In this document: in pieces, positions 7,345 to 16,724 of the stretch
Numbering within the stretch: position 1 is the first letter of the stretch
Layout of the letters: the number at the start of each line of letters is the position of its first letter
Assembly: GCA_964401625.1 (NCBI GenBank)
Contig: CAYNYY010000006.1
Span: forward strand, 1-38,274
Direction of reading: 5' to 3'
DNA: 38,274 nt
Source: an uncultured Candidatus Saccharibacteria bacterium
GTDB lineage: Bacteria; Patescibacteriota; Minisyncoccia; Phycocordibacterales; UBA9973
Made by a program: the position numbers and the translations under genes
The notes under the pieces: model-generated
Told to the model about the DNA's origin: nothing
The model's database searches: none
What the model saw: the letters and a program-made list of their open reading frames with translations, nothing else

Positions 7345-8784
7345 ATGTCCAAGTTAAAAATACAACACTATATAATATTTATCATAATATTTTTTTCTTG
7401 GTTTAATTTTGTAAATGCTCAAGTAATTTTTAATGAGATACAATTGAATCCAACTGGAAATCGATTTATTGAACTTTATAATTCTGGCGATAATTCTGTA
7501 GATTTAACTGGTTGGTATATTCAAAGAAAAACGATAAATGGCACAAGTTTCAGCTCTTTAGTTTCTAAGACTTATCTAAAGGATATAAGCATTGATAGTA
7601 AAGGTTATTTGTTAATTTCAAAAAACTCGTTAAGTAATACGAATGTAATTGTTGATAATTTAACTCTAACAAAATCAAATACAATTCAAATAAAAAATTC
7701 AAACAAAAAAATTGTTGATAAAGTTGGTTGGGGCGATGTTACTGATTGTGGTAATATTTGTGCTCCTAATCCACCGGAAGGCAAAAGTATTCAAAGAACT
7801 TCCAATGGAAATTGGATTATTGGTGTCCCAACTACGGGAAAAATAAATCAGAGTACAGATAATTCAGGAATAGGGAATAACAATTCATCAAATACTAATC
7901 AAAATGAAAATTCTGATGTTCAAATAATTATAAGTCAAGAACAATCAGCTCCTAGAAAAATAATGGCAAAAATAATCAGCCCAAAAATAATTTTTGCCCA
8001 AACACCCTTCTTAATAAATGCTTCTATTACTACTAACAAAGAAGAAACATTAAAGCGTGGTAAATTTAAATGGAATTTTGGAGATGGAACAATAAGCTCT
8101 GATAATAATTCAAAAGAATTCAAACATATTTATTATTATCCAGGTGAATATGTTATTTCACTTAATTATTGGGAATATGGGGGGCTTAACCCAGATGTCT
8201 CGGATAGAATTATTGTGAATGTTATTCCTTCTGAAATCTCCATTAGTTCAACTGGTCCCAAAAATGATCCTTTTGTTGAGCTTGAAAATAAATCAAACCG
8301 AGAAATGAATCTTTCTGGTTGGATCATCACTGCTGGTATAAAAAAATTTACAATTCCTCAAGGTACTATAATTTTAGCTAAAGGGAAATTAAAATTATCG
8401 CCAGTGATAACAAATTTTAAACAAAATGATTTAAATTTTATTTTGCTTACTAACCCTGAAGGTAAAATAATAATAATGTATCCTAAACAAAAAATAAAAA
8501 CACCAAGAACTTTAATCAAAAGTTGGCATACTTACAAAAAATTAGCTGTAACAAAAAAATCTGTTTCCAATATAGATCCACCTATTATAGATTTAAATAA
8601 ATTGGGAGCTAGTGCTGCTGGAAGTAGTAATACAGATTATCCTTGGTCTGCTTACTCTTATTTTGGATTAGGTTTTATAATCCTTATTGGTATATCTAGT
8701 ATTTTATTTTTACAGAAAAAAGATAATTCAATTGATTATCTAAAAAAAGATATTCGCGCTGAAGATATAAATATAATTGAATAA
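7345..8784 (+). CDS. Surface protein with lamin-tail domains, PKD domain and C-terminal membrane anchor
   Basis: Signal peptide, FIELYN...VDLTGW and FVELEN...LSGW (lamin-tail-like), WNFGDG...HIYYYPGEY (PKD), C-terminal hydrophobic helix. Confidence 0.75.
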   Translation: MSKLKIQHYIIFIIIFFSWFNFVNAQVIFNEIQLNPTGNRFIELYNSGDNSVDLTGWYIQRKTINGTSFSSLVSKTYLKDISIDSKGYLLISKNSLSNTNVIVDNLTLTKSNTIQIKNSNKKIVDKVGWGDVTDCGNICAPNPPEGKSIQRTSNGNWIIGVPTTGKINQSTDNSGIGNNNSSNTNQNENSDVQIIISQEQSAPRKIMAKIISPKIIFAQTPFLINASITTNKEETLKRGKFKWNFGDGTISSDNNSKEFKHIYYYPGEYVISLNYWEYGGLNPDVSDRIIVNVIPSEISISSTGPKNDPFVELENKSNREMNLSGWIITAGIKKFTIPQGTIILAKGKLKLSPVITNFKQNDLNFILLTNPEGKIIIMYPKQKIKTPRTLIKSWHTYKKLAVTKKSVSNIDPPIIDLNKLGASAAGSSNTDYPWSAYSYFGLGFIILIGISSILFLQKKDNSIDYLKKDIRAEDINIIE

Positions 8785-8789
8785 TTTCT

Positions 8790-9368
8790 TTAGCCTATTT
8801 TTTCTAAAGCCTTGACTATTTTTTTGAAATCTTTATTCAAAGTTTCTCTCATTCCACCATTGTATAATGCAGCAGCGGGATGATATAACGGCATAAATGC
8901 TTGCCTTCCAAATTCCTCAGTTGTTTTTATCAAAAGTTTTCCATGTAGATTTGAGATTTTTTCGTTCGGAAAAAATCTCAACATAGAATGTCTACCCAAA
9001 AAAATTATTAATTTAGGAGAAATTATTTTTAATTCCTCAATCAACCATTCATTGCAAGCCTCTTTTTCTTGTGGTTCCGGGTCACGATTATTAGGCGGTC
9101 TATATTTTACGATATTTGTAATATAAATATCTTCTCTTTTTTTACCTATATTTTTTAGCATCTCAGATAAGAATTTGCCGGCAGCTCCGACAAATGGTCG
9201 TCCTTCAATATCCTCATTTTTACCAGGAGCTTCTCCAATAAAAACAATATCACTCTTAGCATTTCCATCACCAAAGACTGCTTGGGTTGCAGTTTTTTTT
9301 AATTCACAAGTGCAATTTTTTTCCCAATATCTATTTAATTCATCCAATTTTTCTTGTTTAGAATTCAT
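8790..9368 (-). CDS. Uracil-DNA glycosylase family 4
   Basis: FIGEAPG, GRPFVGAAG, RPPNNRDP, YHPAA motifs. Confidence 0.92.
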   Translation of the reverse strand: MNSKQEKLDELNRYWEKNCTCELKKTATQAVFGDGNAKSDIVFIGEAPGKNEDIEGRPFVGAAGKFLSEMLKNIGKKREDIYITNIVKYRPPNNRDPEPQEKEACNEWLIEELKIISPKLIIFLGRHSMLRFFPNEKISNLHGKLLIKTTEEFGRQAFMPLYHPAAALYNGGMRETLNKDFKKIVKALEKIG

Positions 9369-9429
9369 CTATTTTATTATAAAGCATATATTCTAATAAT
9401 AGAAGTTTCTAAAAGATATTAAAATCAAT

Positions 9430-10941
9430 TTATTTCAATATCTTTATATCTGCACCTATAGAATTTAAACGCTCAGCAATTTTTTCATAACCACGATTAA
9501 TCATATATACATTACGAAGGATAGAGGTGCCTTCCGCCCCTAACATACTAATTAGAATAATCATTGCCGGTCTAAGGGCTGGGGGGCAGACTATCTGAGC
9601 GCTTTTTAATTGAGTTCCTCCATTAATATAGACTCTGTGTGGATCGGCCAAAGTTATACTAGCTCCAAGACGATTTAATTCTGTAAAATAAATTGCACGA
9701 TTCTCATAAGTCCAATCATGAATCATTGTTTGTCCTTTAGCTCTTATAGCAATTGGCACAAAAAATGGAAGGTTATCCATATTAATTCCTGGGTATGGAT
9801 TTGCATGTATTTTATCAGCTAAAGCTTTTAATTTTGATGGATAAATTTTTAAATCTATTAAATTCGTTTGATTATTATAAGACTTGTATTTTTTAAGTAT
9901 TTTATACTTTAATCCCATTCTTTTTAATTTCTCTATTTCAAGCGATAAAAAATCTATTGGGCATCTTGTAATAGTTAATTCCGAGTTTGTTACAATTGTT
10001 GCCGAAATAAACATCATTGATTCTATTGGGTCTTCGCTATTTGAATATTCAATATCTTTTTTAATTTTATTTATTCCATGAACAGTAATAGTTGTTGTTC
10101 CTATTCCATCTATTTTTACACCAAGTTTTTCAAGGAAGAAACAAATTTCTTGAACCATATAATTAGCACTAGCAAAAGAAATAATTGTTTCTCCTGGGAT
10201 TTTAGATGCAGCCATTATAATGTTTTCACAGGCTGTATCTCCCGCTTCATACATTACTATTTCTGCTGGCTTCAGTTTTGCATTTTTTATAATATACTCT
10301 TTAGAAGTTGTTTTTATTTTTATACCTAATTCTTCCATTGCATAGATATGTGCAGCAATTGTTCTCTTTCCTAAATTACATCCTTGAGCATGAGGAAGAG
10401 AAAATGTTGAAATTAAATGGATTAATGGCCCCATAAACATTATAATTGAACGAGTTCTAATAGCTGAGTTGACATTTATTTTATCCATTAGAATCTTTTT
10501 TGGAGGTACAATTTCAATAGAATTTTGACCTATCCACTTGACTCTAACTCCAATACTTTCAAGTATTTCTATGACTCTATAAACTTCTTCAATTCTAGCA
10601 ATTCCGTGTAATATTGTTTTTCCTCCATTTAATAATGAAGCACAAAGAAGACCCACTGATCCATTTTTTGAAAAATTTGTTTTTATGGTTCCGTGTAATT
10701 TCTTTCCACCTATGACCTCAAAATCAATTGAATCCTTGATAGTAATTATTTTATGTTCTAAAACATTACTTATTTTTGATAATAATTCAGTCGTAAAATT
10801 TTGCTCTCCTTTCTCCATTCTAGGAATTGAACTCTGCGATGTCTTAAGTTCTTTAGCGAAGGCTTTTTGAGTTAAGCCACGATGCTCACGAAGTTTTTTA
10901 ATAAAATAGCCTATTTTTTGTTGTTCAGTTAATTTTTTCAT
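9430..10941 (-). CDS. murA: UDP-N-acetylglucosamine 1-carboxyvinyltransferase with N-terminal XRE helix-turn-helix
   Basis: LREHRGLTQ...TSQSSIPRMEKGEQN HTH, then SKNG, GCNLGKR and GYEKI MurA motifs. Confidence 0.9.
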   Translation of the reverse strand: MKKLTEQQKIGYFIKKLREHRGLTQKAFAKELKTSQSSIPRMEKGEQNFTTELLSKISNVLEHKIITIKDSIDFEVIGGKKLHGTIKTNFSKNGSVGLLCASLLNGGKTILHGIARIEEVYRVIEILESIGVRVKWIGQNSIEIVPPKKILMDKINVNSAIRTRSIIMFMGPLIHLISTFSLPHAQGCNLGKRTIAAHIYAMEELGIKIKTTSKEYIIKNAKLKPAEIVMYEAGDTACENIIMAASKIPGETIISFASANYMVQEICFFLEKLGVKIDGIGTTTITVHGINKIKKDIEYSNSEDPIESMMFISATIVTNSELTITRCPIDFLSLEIEKLKRMGLKYKILKKYKSYNNQTNLIDLKIYPSKLKALADKIHANPYPGINMDNLPFFVPIAIRAKGQTMIHDWTYENRAIYFTELNRLGASITLADPHRVYINGGTQLKSAQIVCPPALRPAMIILISMLGAEGTSILRNVYMINRGYEKIAERLNSIGADIKILK

Positions 10942-11075
10942 ATTTTTTCTAAAAAATAATTATATTTATAAATATATAAACTTGCTCATTATATCTCATA
11001 TATGATATAATCGCAATAGCTACTTATTTGTGAAAAAAATTATTGATTTATATTGATTAGATTATTTTAAATAAA

Positions 11076-12122
11076 ATGTTGAATATTCAAGAAAATGTAG
11101 ATACTAAAGATTACACCACCTTTAAAATTGGAGGGTGGTTTCGTTATTTTGTGATTATTTCTTCAGTAGAAGATCTTCCATCGCTTTACGCTATCGCGCA
11201 AAGTGATGGAAGATATAAAGGTATTCCAATATTCATTTTAGGTGGAGGTTCAAATATTATTTTTCCTGATGGAACAATAGAAGTTCTTGCAGTTAAAATG
11301 GAAATTAAGGGATTTAAGATTGTGAATGAGACTGAAGAGTATGTAGATATAAAAATTGGAGCTGGAGAAAATTGGGATAACATTGTTGCTCAAACAGTTA
11401 AAATGGGTTTTTCTGGACTTGAATCTTTATCAGCTATTCCAGGAACTGTTGGAGCTACTCCAGTCCAAAATGTTGGAGCTTATGGTTCAGAAGTTAAAGA
11501 TACTATAATTAAAGTTGAAATTTTTGATATTAAGAATAATAAAATAAAGTATTTTTCTAATAGTGATTGTGAGTTTAAGTATAGAAATAGTATTTTCAAG
11601 AATAAAGTTAAGGGTCAATATGTTATAACTGCTGTTATTTATCGATTAAGTAAATTTTTAATTAAAGTGCCAGATTATTCTAGTGTCAAAAAATATTTTA
11701 TAGATAATGACATTGAAAGTCCTAAATTAAAAGATATTCGTGAAGCGATTATTTCTATCCGTCAAAAAAAACTTCCAAATCCAGAAGAACTACCTAATGT
11801 TGGATCATTTTTTAAAAATCCAATTATTTCAGAAGAATCTTTTCTTTTTATGTGTCAAAGATATAGTTTAAGCAGTAAAGATGTTTCTTATTTCAAAGTA
11901 GGGAACAATAAAGTTAAAATATCGGCTGGTTGGTTAATAGAGAATTCAGGTTTAAAAGGTAAATCTTTTGGAAAGATTTCAGTTTATAGTAAAAATGCAC
12001 TTGTTTTAATTAATGAGGATAAGGCAACAAAAGAAAACCTGTTAAAAACTAGAAATGAAATAATTAAAATAGTAAAACAAAAATTTGGAATTATCCTAGA
12101 GCAAGAGCCTGAAATGCTGTAA
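11076..12122 (+). CDS. murB: UDP-N-acetylmuramate dehydrogenase
   Basis: LGGGSN, IPGTVGATPVQNVGAYG, GSFFKNP, LEQEP. Confidence 0.95.
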   Translation: MLNIQENVDTKDYTTFKIGGWFRYFVIISSVEDLPSLYAIAQSDGRYKGIPIFILGGGSNIIFPDGTIEVLAVKMEIKGFKIVNETEEYVDIKIGAGENWDNIVAQTVKMGFSGLESLSAIPGTVGATPVQNVGAYGSEVKDTIIKVEIFDIKNNKIKYFSNSDCEFKYRNSIFKNKVKGQYVITAVIYRLSKFLIKVPDYSSVKKYFIDNDIESPKLKDIREAIISIRQKKLPNPEELPNVGSFFKNPIISEESFLFMCQRYSLSSKDVSYFKVGNNKVKISAGWLIENSGLKGKSFGKISVYSKNALVLINEDKATKENLLKTRNEIIKIVKQKFGIILEQEPEML

Positions 12123-12151
12123 GAATTTTCTTTTATTATTTTTTTTATTTG

Positions 12152-12233
12152 TGCCGGAGGGGAGAATCGAACTCCCACCCCTTGCGAGACACGATTTTGA
12201 GTCGTGCGCGTCTACCAATTCCGCCACTCCGGC
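12152..12233 (-). tRNA. tRNA-Leu(CAA)
   Basis: GCCGGAG acceptor, CACGA-CT-CAA-AA-TCGTG anticodon arm, long variable arm. Confidence 0.96.
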
Positions 12234-12284
12234 AACTATATGGCTAGTATACCAAAACTTTTAGAAAATGCTAGAATAAAATAT

Positions 12285-13421
12285 ATGAAAAAAGAATTAC
12301 CACTTTCATACGTAGAGATTTCAAAGAAAAACTTAATTCACAATATTAAGCAATTTAGAAAATTACTAGATAAAAAAACTCAAATTGTTGGCGTCATAAA
12401 AGCTAATGCCTATGGACATGGAGATAAAGAACTAGTTAAAATTCTTAATCCTTATGTTGATTATTTCCAGATTAATAATATTGAAGAATTAAATAGAATC
12501 AAAAAACTTAGTCAAAAACCCATTCTTATCTTTGGTTATTTAAATGAAGATGGTATCAAAAAAGCTATAAAAGCCAAAGTAATTATTTCGGCTTTTGATA
12601 TGATTCATCTTTTAAAGATAAATCATATTGCTTCTACTTTGAGAATTAAAGCCAAAGTTCATTTACCAATTGATTCATATTTAGGAAGAGAGGGGATAAT
12701 GCCTAGTCAGGTAGAAAAAATTATTCCCGAGATTAAAAAAATGAAGAATATAATTTTAGATGGTGTCTATTCTCATTTTGCTAACATAGAAGATACGATG
12801 AATTTTACTCATGCCCAAAAACAGATTGATACTTATCATGAGTGTGTAGAACTATTCAAAAAAACAGGTTTTCCAGATATTAAAACTCATATTTCGGCAA
12901 CTTCAGGAATCTTGACCTATGAAAAAAATAATCATTTTCATGATATTGTTCGTCTTGGACTTGGCTTATATGGATTATGGCCCAGTGATTATTTAGAATA
13001 TTTAAGTAAAAATAAAGTTATTCTTAAACCAATTCTACGTTGGATAACTCATATAGCTCAAATAAAAATCCTGCCAGCTAATTATCCAATAGGTTATGGG
13101 TTGAGTTATATAACTAAAAAATCAACAAAAATTGCTGTTATTCCTCAGGGTTATGCTGATGGTTTAACTAGATTGCTTTCAAATAATGGGGAAGTATTGA
13201 TTAAGGGAAAGAAGGCAAAAATTCTAGGACGAGTGGCTATGAATATGATTGTTGTTGATGTTTCAAAAATTAAAGGCATTCAATTAAAAGACGAAGTTGT
13301 TTTTTTAGGGGAACAAGGTAAACATAAAATTACTGCCGAACAAATTGCTAAAGAAATAAAATCCATCAACTATGAAGTAATAACTAAAATTAGTCCACTT
13401 TTACCGAGGATTATAGTCTAA
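12285..13421 (+). CDS. alr: Alanine racemase
   Basis: VIKANAYGHG PLP-lysine motif, GYADG, GRVAMN; ATG 12285 avoids overlap with the tRNA. Confidence 0.95.
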   Translation: MKKELPLSYVEISKKNLIHNIKQFRKLLDKKTQIVGVIKANAYGHGDKELVKILNPYVDYFQINNIEELNRIKKLSQKPILIFGYLNEDGIKKAIKAKVIISAFDMIHLLKINHIASTLRIKAKVHLPIDSYLGREGIMPSQVEKIIPEIKKMKNIILDGVYSHFANIEDTMNFTHAQKQIDTYHECVELFKKTGFPDIKTHISATSGILTYEKNNHFHDIVRLGLGLYGLWPSDYLEYLSKNKVILKPILRWITHIAQIKILPANYPIGYGLSYITKKSTKIAVIPQGYADGLTRLLSNNGEVLIKGKKAKILGRVAMNMIVVDVSKIKGIQLKDEVVFLGEQGKHKITAEQIAKEIKSINYEVITKISPLLPRIIV

Positions 13422-13441
13422 ACTAAACTTATATAAATCAA

Positions 13442-13466
13442 ATGCGCAAGAACGGTTCTTGCGCAT
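13442..13466 (+). terminator. Hairpin after alr, possible terminator
   Basis: ATGCGCAAGAAC-G-GTTCTTGCGCAT perfect inverted repeat. Confidence 0.5.
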
Positions 13467-13514
13467 AAAAAAAATCTTGCTTTTTAAGATATTATGTAGT
13501 ATTCTACAATCACT

Positions 13515-13673
13515 ATGTCACAAAATAGACTTTTTAAATTAGCTTGTGTTGATTGTAAACATGTCAATTATTGGTCAAGTAAAAATAAGAAACTTGTTAC
13601 TAGAAAAATTGAGCTTAAAAAATATTGTAAATGGTGTAATAAAAATACTATACACAAAGAATTAAAAAAATAA
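13515..13673 (+). CDS. rpmG: 50S ribosomal protein L33 (zinc-type), missing from ORF track
   Basis: MSQNRLFKLACVDCKHVNYWSSKNKKLVTRKIELKKYCKWCNKNTIHKELKK, 52 aa. Confidence 0.95.
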   Translation: MSQNRLFKLACVDCKHVNYWSSKNKKLVTRKIELKKYCKWCNKNTIHKELKK

Positions 13674-13698
13674 ACCCGATAATCGAGTTTATTTTTTT
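13664..13698. terminator. Bidirectional terminator-like hairpin between rpmG and the tRNA-Trp transcript
   Basis: A-tract, TAAACCCGAT-A-ATCGAGTTTA, T-tract. Confidence 0.55.
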
Positions 13699-13713
13699 AA
13701 TTAATCAATATTA

Positions 13714-13838
13714 TATTGCGGGCGATGGAGGAATCGTGAGTACACTTTCGGTCACAAGTATTTTTCTGTTGAAAAATCTCGCGACCCCGACTCGCACCGT
13801 CGTGCTCCGTCTTTCGATTCCTTATCTACCGCGTAATA
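13714..13838 (-). other. Structured element carrying a direct and an inverted copy of the tRNA-Trp 3' end
   Basis: 23-bp direct repeat 13714-13736 = 13877-13899; degenerate inverted copy at 13813-13838; two internal hairpins. Confidence 0.7.
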
Positions 13839-13881
13839 ATAAATTAATCAGATAACTCCCAGTTATCTTCTTAAATTATTG

Positions 13882-13952
13882 CGGGCGATGGAGGAATCGA
13901 ACCCCCACCAAAGGTTTTGGAGACCCTCGTTCTACCGTTAAACTAATCGCCC
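13882..13952 (-). tRNA. tRNA-Trp(CCA)
   Basis: GGGCGAT/ATCGCCC acceptor, CT-CCA-AA loop, GGTTCGATT T-loop. Confidence 0.95.
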
Positions 13953-13995
13953 ATATCAAAGAGTATACTATAGAATACTTATATTTCCCACTATT

Positions 13996-14916
13996 TTAAT
14001 TAGTATTTAAGAATTTCTCAATTTTTTTAAAAACAATAAACTTATCGTTCTTTTTAGAAGGGTCAATCCAAATTATATTCTTATCTCGTTTAAACCAAGT
14101 TTTCTGTCTTTTGGCGAATTGCCAAATTTTGATATTGAGTTCTTCTATCATTTTTTCTTTTGAAATTTTATTTTGTAAATAAAGTGCTCCATAACGATAT
14201 TCAAGCCCTAAAGTGTCCATTCTTTTCCAAGATACTCCTATTTTATGAAGATTATTTATTTCTTTTAGCATCCCTTTTTTAATTCTAGAAAGCAAGCGAA
14301 TATGAATTTTATTTCTTAGATTTTCTGAAGGAATAGTCAATCCAATTCTTAAGATATTGTAATAGTTTTTTTTCTGAGAATTATTAGCTATAGGTAAAAC
14401 TTTACCTATAGCTTTCGTTATTTCAATTGCTCTAATGAGACGGACTTTATTATTTTTATCTATTATTTCAGCTCTTTCTTTATCAGCTTTCTTTAATATC
14501 TTAAAAAGTTCCTGAGTTGTCCTTTTCCCCAATTTAACCCTAAGTTCTTTATTTGGTGGAACTTTAGGTAAATTAGTTCCATTTATCAAAATATCAATAT
14601 AAAAACCAGTTCCTCCACAGATAATTGGAGTTTTACCTTTTTTAAAGATTTCTTTTATTTTTTTATTAGCCAACTCTTGAAAATCATTAACTGAGAATAT
14701 TTTTTTAGGAGAAATCACATCAAGAAGATGATGGGGGATTTTCTTCATTTCCTTTTTAGTTATTTTACCTGTTCCTAAATTCATTCCTTTATATACTTGT
14801 CTAGAATCAGCTGAAATTATTTCGCCATTAATTTTTTTAGCAATTTCCACCGCAAAATCACTTTTACCAGTAGAAGTTTGACCAAGAATTACTATTATTT
14901 TATTTCTCTTTCTCAC
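13996..14916 (-). CDS. miaA: tRNA dimethylallyltransferase
   Basis: GQTSTGKS, SADSRQVY, GGTGFY, FAKRQKTWF; GTG start. Confidence 0.95.
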   Translation of the reverse strand: MRKRNKIIVILGQTSTGKSDFAVEIAKKINGEIISADSRQVYKGMNLGTGKITKKEMKKIPHHLLDVISPKKIFSVNDFQELANKKIKEIFKKGKTPIICGGTGFYIDILINGTNLPKVPPNKELRVKLGKRTTQELFKILKKADKERAEIIDKNNKVRLIRAIEITKAIGKVLPIANNSQKKNYYNILRIGLTIPSENLRNKIHIRLLSRIKKGMLKEINNLHKIGVSWKRMDTLGLEYRYGALYLQNKISKEKMIEELNIKIWQFAKRQKTWFKRDKNIIWIDPSKKNDKFIVFKKIEKFLNTN

Positions 14917-14955
14917 TCTCGCATAATATCATTTTTTTTGTTATAATCTCAACAT

Positions 14956-15186
14956 ATGGGAGTAAAAGATTTTATAACTGAAAAATTAATACGTTCAAAA
15001 ATGAAAAACTTGCCGAAGAATCAGCAAGATATGTTCATTAAGTTAATTAAAGAAAACCCCGAACTCTTCAAGAGAATTGGAGATGAAGTTAAAGTTTTGA
15101 AAAAAAATGGGGTGAGCGAGATGACAGCTACAATGCAAGTTATGCGTAAATATCAGGCTGAAATTCAGAAATTAATGGCTCGATAA
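14956..15186 (+). CDS. Small hypothetical helical protein
   Basis: 76-aa ORF with a good extended -10 (TGTTATAAT) upstream. Confidence 0.7.
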   Translation: MGVKDFITEKLIRSKMKNLPKNQQDMFIKLIKENPELFKRIGDEVKVLKKNGVSEMTATMQVMRKYQAEIQKLMAR

Positions 15187-15268
15187 CTATTGTAGTTGAT
15201 TAGCTTAAATCAAAGATACTTGTTATAATTTATATGAGTTTATTAATTAACAACTAATTACAAATAGT

Positions 15269-16387
15269 ATGAAAAAACTAAGAATATTTTACATAATACC
15301 AATAATTTTAGGGTTTATGGCTTTTTCTAGTGTAGCTTCAGCGGATAATAATAGTATCATAAACAATATTCAAACTCCATCAGTACTTCCAGCTCAACAA
15401 ACATCACCAACAACTAGATTAAAGCCAGCATTTCCGATTAGGATAACACATGAAAGGAAGAGAATTAAATTAGGAAATACAATACAGAAAAATATTGAAA
15501 AAGTAATTAATAATAATAAAATAAATAAAGTAAAAAATATTTATAATCAAGATAAAAACGTTATAGATAATTTTCGTGCAGAAGTGAAAGCAAAAATAAA
15601 AAATGGTGAGTTAACACCAAAAGAAGCTTATATTCAAATACAACGACAAATGAAAGTTAGAATAACAAAAGCTCGATCTGAAATGAAAACAATTCGTGAA
15701 GAATTTAAGAAAAAAATAGGAACTAAAAATATTTCACTAAGAAATATTTTTAAATTAAAGCATGAAGCTATTGTTAAATTTGTTCAGTCTAAACAGAATG
15801 ATTTTAATCAAGAAGTTGAAGCCAATAAAGAAGAGGCTAAAGTTAAAATTAATGCCAGGAGATTATTATTTTTAAGAGGATTAGAGAGAGTAAAAAATCT
15901 AAAGAAAAGGGTTTCCATAGAAAATATTTCAAATCGTATCCAAGTCATAAATACTAAAGTGGTAGATGTATTTACTAGAAGAATCAATAGATTAGATTTT
16001 ATACTCGCAAGCATAGAATCTAGGACTGATAAAGTAGCAGTAAATAATATAGATGTAAGTGCTATACGTAATACTACTACATATGCAGAAACTGCTATTT
16101 CAAATGCTCGTGCTAGTATTGCTAATCAGGCTACGAAAGTATATACGATTTCTATAACAAGTGAATCTACCGCCAAAGCAACTGTAGAAAAAGTTCGAGA
16201 CGATTTAAAGGAAAACATAAAAGCTAGTCAAGATCTTATCAAACTTGCTGAAACTAAAGTTAGAGATTCACTAAATCTTTTATCCAAAATACCTAAAGTT
16301 AATGAGTTAAATGTTCCAGTAACTGTCGAAACTGGGAATTCAACTTCTTCTAAAGGAGTTAAAAATACTAATCCAACTAAACAATAA
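15269..16387 (+). CDS. Secreted coiled-coil hypothetical protein
   Basis: Signal peptide ending VASA, long charged helical body. Confidence 0.75.
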   Translation: MKKLRIFYIIPIILGFMAFSSVASADNNSIINNIQTPSVLPAQQTSPTTRLKPAFPIRITHERKRIKLGNTIQKNIEKVINNNKINKVKNIYNQDKNVIDNFRAEVKAKIKNGELTPKEAYIQIQRQMKVRITKARSEMKTIREEFKKKIGTKNISLRNIFKLKHEAIVKFVQSKQNDFNQEVEANKEEAKVKINARRLLFLRGLERVKNLKKRVSIENISNRIQVINTKVVDVFTRRINRLDFILASIESRTDKVAVNNIDVSAIRNTTTYAETAISNARASIANQATKVYTISITSESTAKATVEKVRDDLKENIKASQDLIKLAETKVRDSLNLLSKIPKVNELNVPVTVETGNSTSSKGVKNTNPTKQ

Positions 16388-16392
16388 AATAT

Positions 16393-16680
16393 ATGTCTAA
16401 TAAAAAATTAATTTTAATAGTTATAATAGTTGTCGTAATTATTATTTTAGGAGGAGTGACTTATTTTATGATTAAATCTAAAAACTCTATACCTGTAAAA
16501 AATAATAATTTGTCTCCAATTACAACTCCAATATCAACAACAAAAGTAAATAACGAAGTAAATGATGATACTACAACTCAAATACGAAATAACTTGAACG
16601 CCCTTGATACAAATTCAGGAACAGGAACAGGAACAGAAACAGATTTAAATTCTATAAATAAAGAAATAAATAATCTATAG
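16393..16680 (+). CDS. Small single-pass membrane protein
   Basis: N-terminal hydrophobic helix, Thr/Asn-rich tail. Confidence 0.7.
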   Translation: MSNKKLILIVIIVVVIIILGGVTYFMIKSKNSIPVKNNNLSPITTPISTTKVNNEVNDDTTTQIRNNLNALDTNSGTGTGTETDLNSINKEINNL

Positions 16681-16724
16681 GTTTAACAATATAATTTATC
16701 ATTCTTTTTTCTTAATACCATTTT

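Noticed and set aside
12204-12284. Longer alr start in the ORF track
   Set aside because: Overlaps tRNA-Leu; a promoter-like box supports ATG 12285.
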